Part shown: in pieces, positions 61,959 to 64,000 of the stretch | How the letters are laid out: every line of letters begins with the position of its first letter | Position numbering within the stretch: the stretch's first letter is position 1 | NCBI RefSeq assembly: GCF_037042905.1 | Contig: NC_087248.1 | Span: 29,450,001 to 29,514,000 of the forward strand | From: Lytechinus pictus | Taxonomy: Eukaryota | Reading direction: 5' to 3' | Length of the DNA stretch: 64,000 bases | The notes under the pieces: generated by a model | The model's input: only the letters and a program-made list of their open reading frames with translations | Databases searched by the model: none | Told to the model about the DNA's origin: nothing | Program-made: the position numbers and the translations under genes

Positions 61959-63685
61959 ATTTTAATTGGGGTAAGTTATTTGGTGGAGGTGGATTATCAA
62001 TATAGCGACAAAGTAATTGTGCTTTTCCATTCTGATCATAAGGGTCTGATTTAAGTTAGACTAAACAAAAAAAATGTTCATGTCACATGTGTTGTTACAG
62101 CTTCTATTTTACTCAAACATAATTTTAGAAGGCCTTAAGCCAAGGCTAACCCTTCTGCTTTCTGGCTCCATGGATGTTGATGTTCATAGTACAGTCCCAT
62201 TGGTCTTGTACTTCAAACCCTTTATACAAAGATGACACCTGTTCCATATTTAGATGATTCTTTTTTATGTGTTACCAGGCAACGATCATGTTAGACAATT
62301 CTAGCCATACACCAATTTTCTTGGGAGAAAACATTCTTTGTACTTGTCAACCTTATGTGTTGTGTTTCTTTCAAACTTCTCAAATTTAAGTGTCTAGAGA
62401 GAGCCTGGTACAAAGACTATTTTATTTAGCCTTGGAGACTGATTTGTGTTCAGTAACACTCCAGTTCATGTTAGCCTGCATGTTTGCATTGTTTACCAGT
62501 CAAAATTAATTAACGTAGAAAGCGCCTCAAGGTTCCTTTCTGCATCAGCTTAATTCTCCGACCTTACATCAGCTTTTATTTTTCCTCCAGGATAGGTTAA
62601 ATCTCCTGGCAGAATATTGATCCATGCTCATGAGTGGAGTCCTTGGCTAGACAAAAGCCTGGCTAAGAGACTAATGTCCTCCTTTCTTTTGTTCTGGAGT
62701 TGAAATCATATCCTCCAATGCATATTCCAAGACATTGTCTTCTGTAAATTTGTTAGAACAAGGACTTACTCCAAACTAATTGATAGATGAGAATAGTCAG
62801 TTTGCGTCAATTACATCTTAGTGCATGTTGGGGTGGACGTCATGTTTAACCTTGTTGTTTAAGATGGTTATTTTTCAGCATGAATTGCAGTGGTTTCTCA
62901 TATTCTCTTGCTAATTGGCCAGGATATTGTCCTTGGCTTGTCATGTCAAAGATGAAACATGGCCTCATTAGACTGAATCTTGCTGTGAGTTGTGATCAAT
63001 TTTCTTTATTTAAAACAAAGTGTACGCTTAATTATTTAATGAAAATTTTAATGAATACAGTGAAGGTCGGCGGAGATGGTGTATATATAGGATTTCTCTA
63101 AAAAGATACTGTTAATGAAAAAGATAACAATATTTGTATACAATTTTTTTCTTCTGTTTGTTACAAGGCATTTCTCACACTTGAATGGGTGATCCTCAGA
63201 TACCCATACTTTTTCAAGTAAAAAGTAAACCAAAATTGCTGATGTGTACGGTTTGGGCCAAACATTTGATGAAGTCCCACGTATGCATCTTTACGTGCAG
63301 TGTGTGCGACTTACATCAAAATGGGAATCGATTTCTGATCATTTCCATCATTCTGAAATCTTACTGGATCATTTCTTTATTTAGAAGTTTGAGACTTTTT
63401 TTCTTCATTCTCATCAATCCTATGTCCAAACTCGGGGCGATTTGATGTCCTGTGAAAAGTGCGAAATTGTCCATTTTCCTTCTTACATTGTATACCTCCA
63501 CTGTGTCGTTAACTTTATGAAGACTTCTGATTTTTTTATTAGTTCCATGATTTTCTCATTTTTGATTTTACCAAGCCTATGTCGATCATGCCATGTTATC
63601 ATGGCTGCTACTGTTGTTTGCCCCCCTGTATTAAAAACGAAGTAATATTTGAATAATTTTCTCCTTTCATTCTCTTCCGCTGCAG

Positions 63686-63930
63686 ATGTTCGAGGGTTGT
63701 CGAGCGCCGGTCTGGTGGAAACCCTTCAGGGCCACACCCAGCTCAAGCTCTCGGAGTACGTCACCGCACTGCACCCCCGGGACCCCCTCCGCTTCGCCCA
63801 CCTCCTCCTCAGCCTGCCCCCGTTGCGTAACGTGCGCCCTCGTGTGGTCACCCAGCTATTCTTCCGTGACCTGATCGGAGAGGCAGTGGAGATGGAGGAG
63901 ATTCTTCAACAGATGCTCCTTGGCGAGTGA
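63686..63930 (+). CDS. NR0B: Terminal coding exon of an NR0B (DAX1/SHP-like) nuclear receptor: C-terminal LBD helices and AF-2
   Basis: Polypyrimidine tract + CAG acceptor at 63683-63685, phase 1 (G|AT). DVRGL...LQGHTQLKLSEY...RFAHLLLSLPPLR...LFFRDLIGEAVEMEEILQQML aligns with DAX1 DVPGL...LQWGTQQILSEH...[20 protein letters not shown] at the same intron position (from memory). TGA at 63928. NR2E/NR2F is the less likely alternative. Confidence 0.85.
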
Positions 63931-64000
63931 TCATCATCTTTGGCAATACCAAGGATGGTTCAGGATCAGAGAACAAAGGATAAATGGATGAAAGACAACT

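Noticed and set aside
62570-62620. Strong-looking acceptor at 62590 as a missing middle exon
   Set aside because: All three frames stop within 10 codons and nothing resembles an LBD.
63048-63620. Minus-strand fragments resembling a zinc finger/integrase (HPFKCEKC) or an RTE C-terminus
   Set aside because: Only short motifs spread across frames with stops; cannot be supported without a tBLASTx/HMM search.
63686-63874. Alternative-frame 62-aa ORF starting at the exon's first ATG
   Set aside because: Shadow ORF of a GC-rich exon with no recognisable features.
63686-63930. Assignment of the last exon to NR5A
   Set aside because: NR5A ends in a YLYxKH..G.....NLLxEML pattern; this exon has LFFRxxIG, typical of NR0B/NR2.

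Overview
AT-rich animal genomic DNA with long G/C runs, GA microsatellites, tRNA-derived SINEs and many TIR MITEs; the repeat style suggests an echinoderm, probably a sea urchin (inference). About 55 kb has no recognisable coding exon and alternates transposon fossils with GC-richer unique islands. The only supportable gene is a + strand NR0B (DAX1/SHP-type) nuclear-receptor locus at the right end. It has a promoter-like region at about 55.1-55.65 kb and a self-contained 147-160 aa ORF (55954-56436) with a PLNLS CtBP-type motif, 13 His and two Cys-preceded LXXLL boxes. A terminal LBD exon (63686-63930) starts at the same phase-1 'D-V-x-G-L' junction as vertebrate DAX1/SHP exon 2. The upstream ORF stops before its splice donor and no exon for the middle of the LBD is visible, so the locus looks split. 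The locus carries many more NR5A/ERR-type CAAGGYCR sites than expected, plus clusters of K50-homeodomain TAATCC sites. A Helentron-associated element carries 8 x 157-bp repeats, each with a composite AGGTCA DR7/DR1/DR5 array. All coordinates and counts were read by eye, and comparisons to known proteins and elements are from memory.
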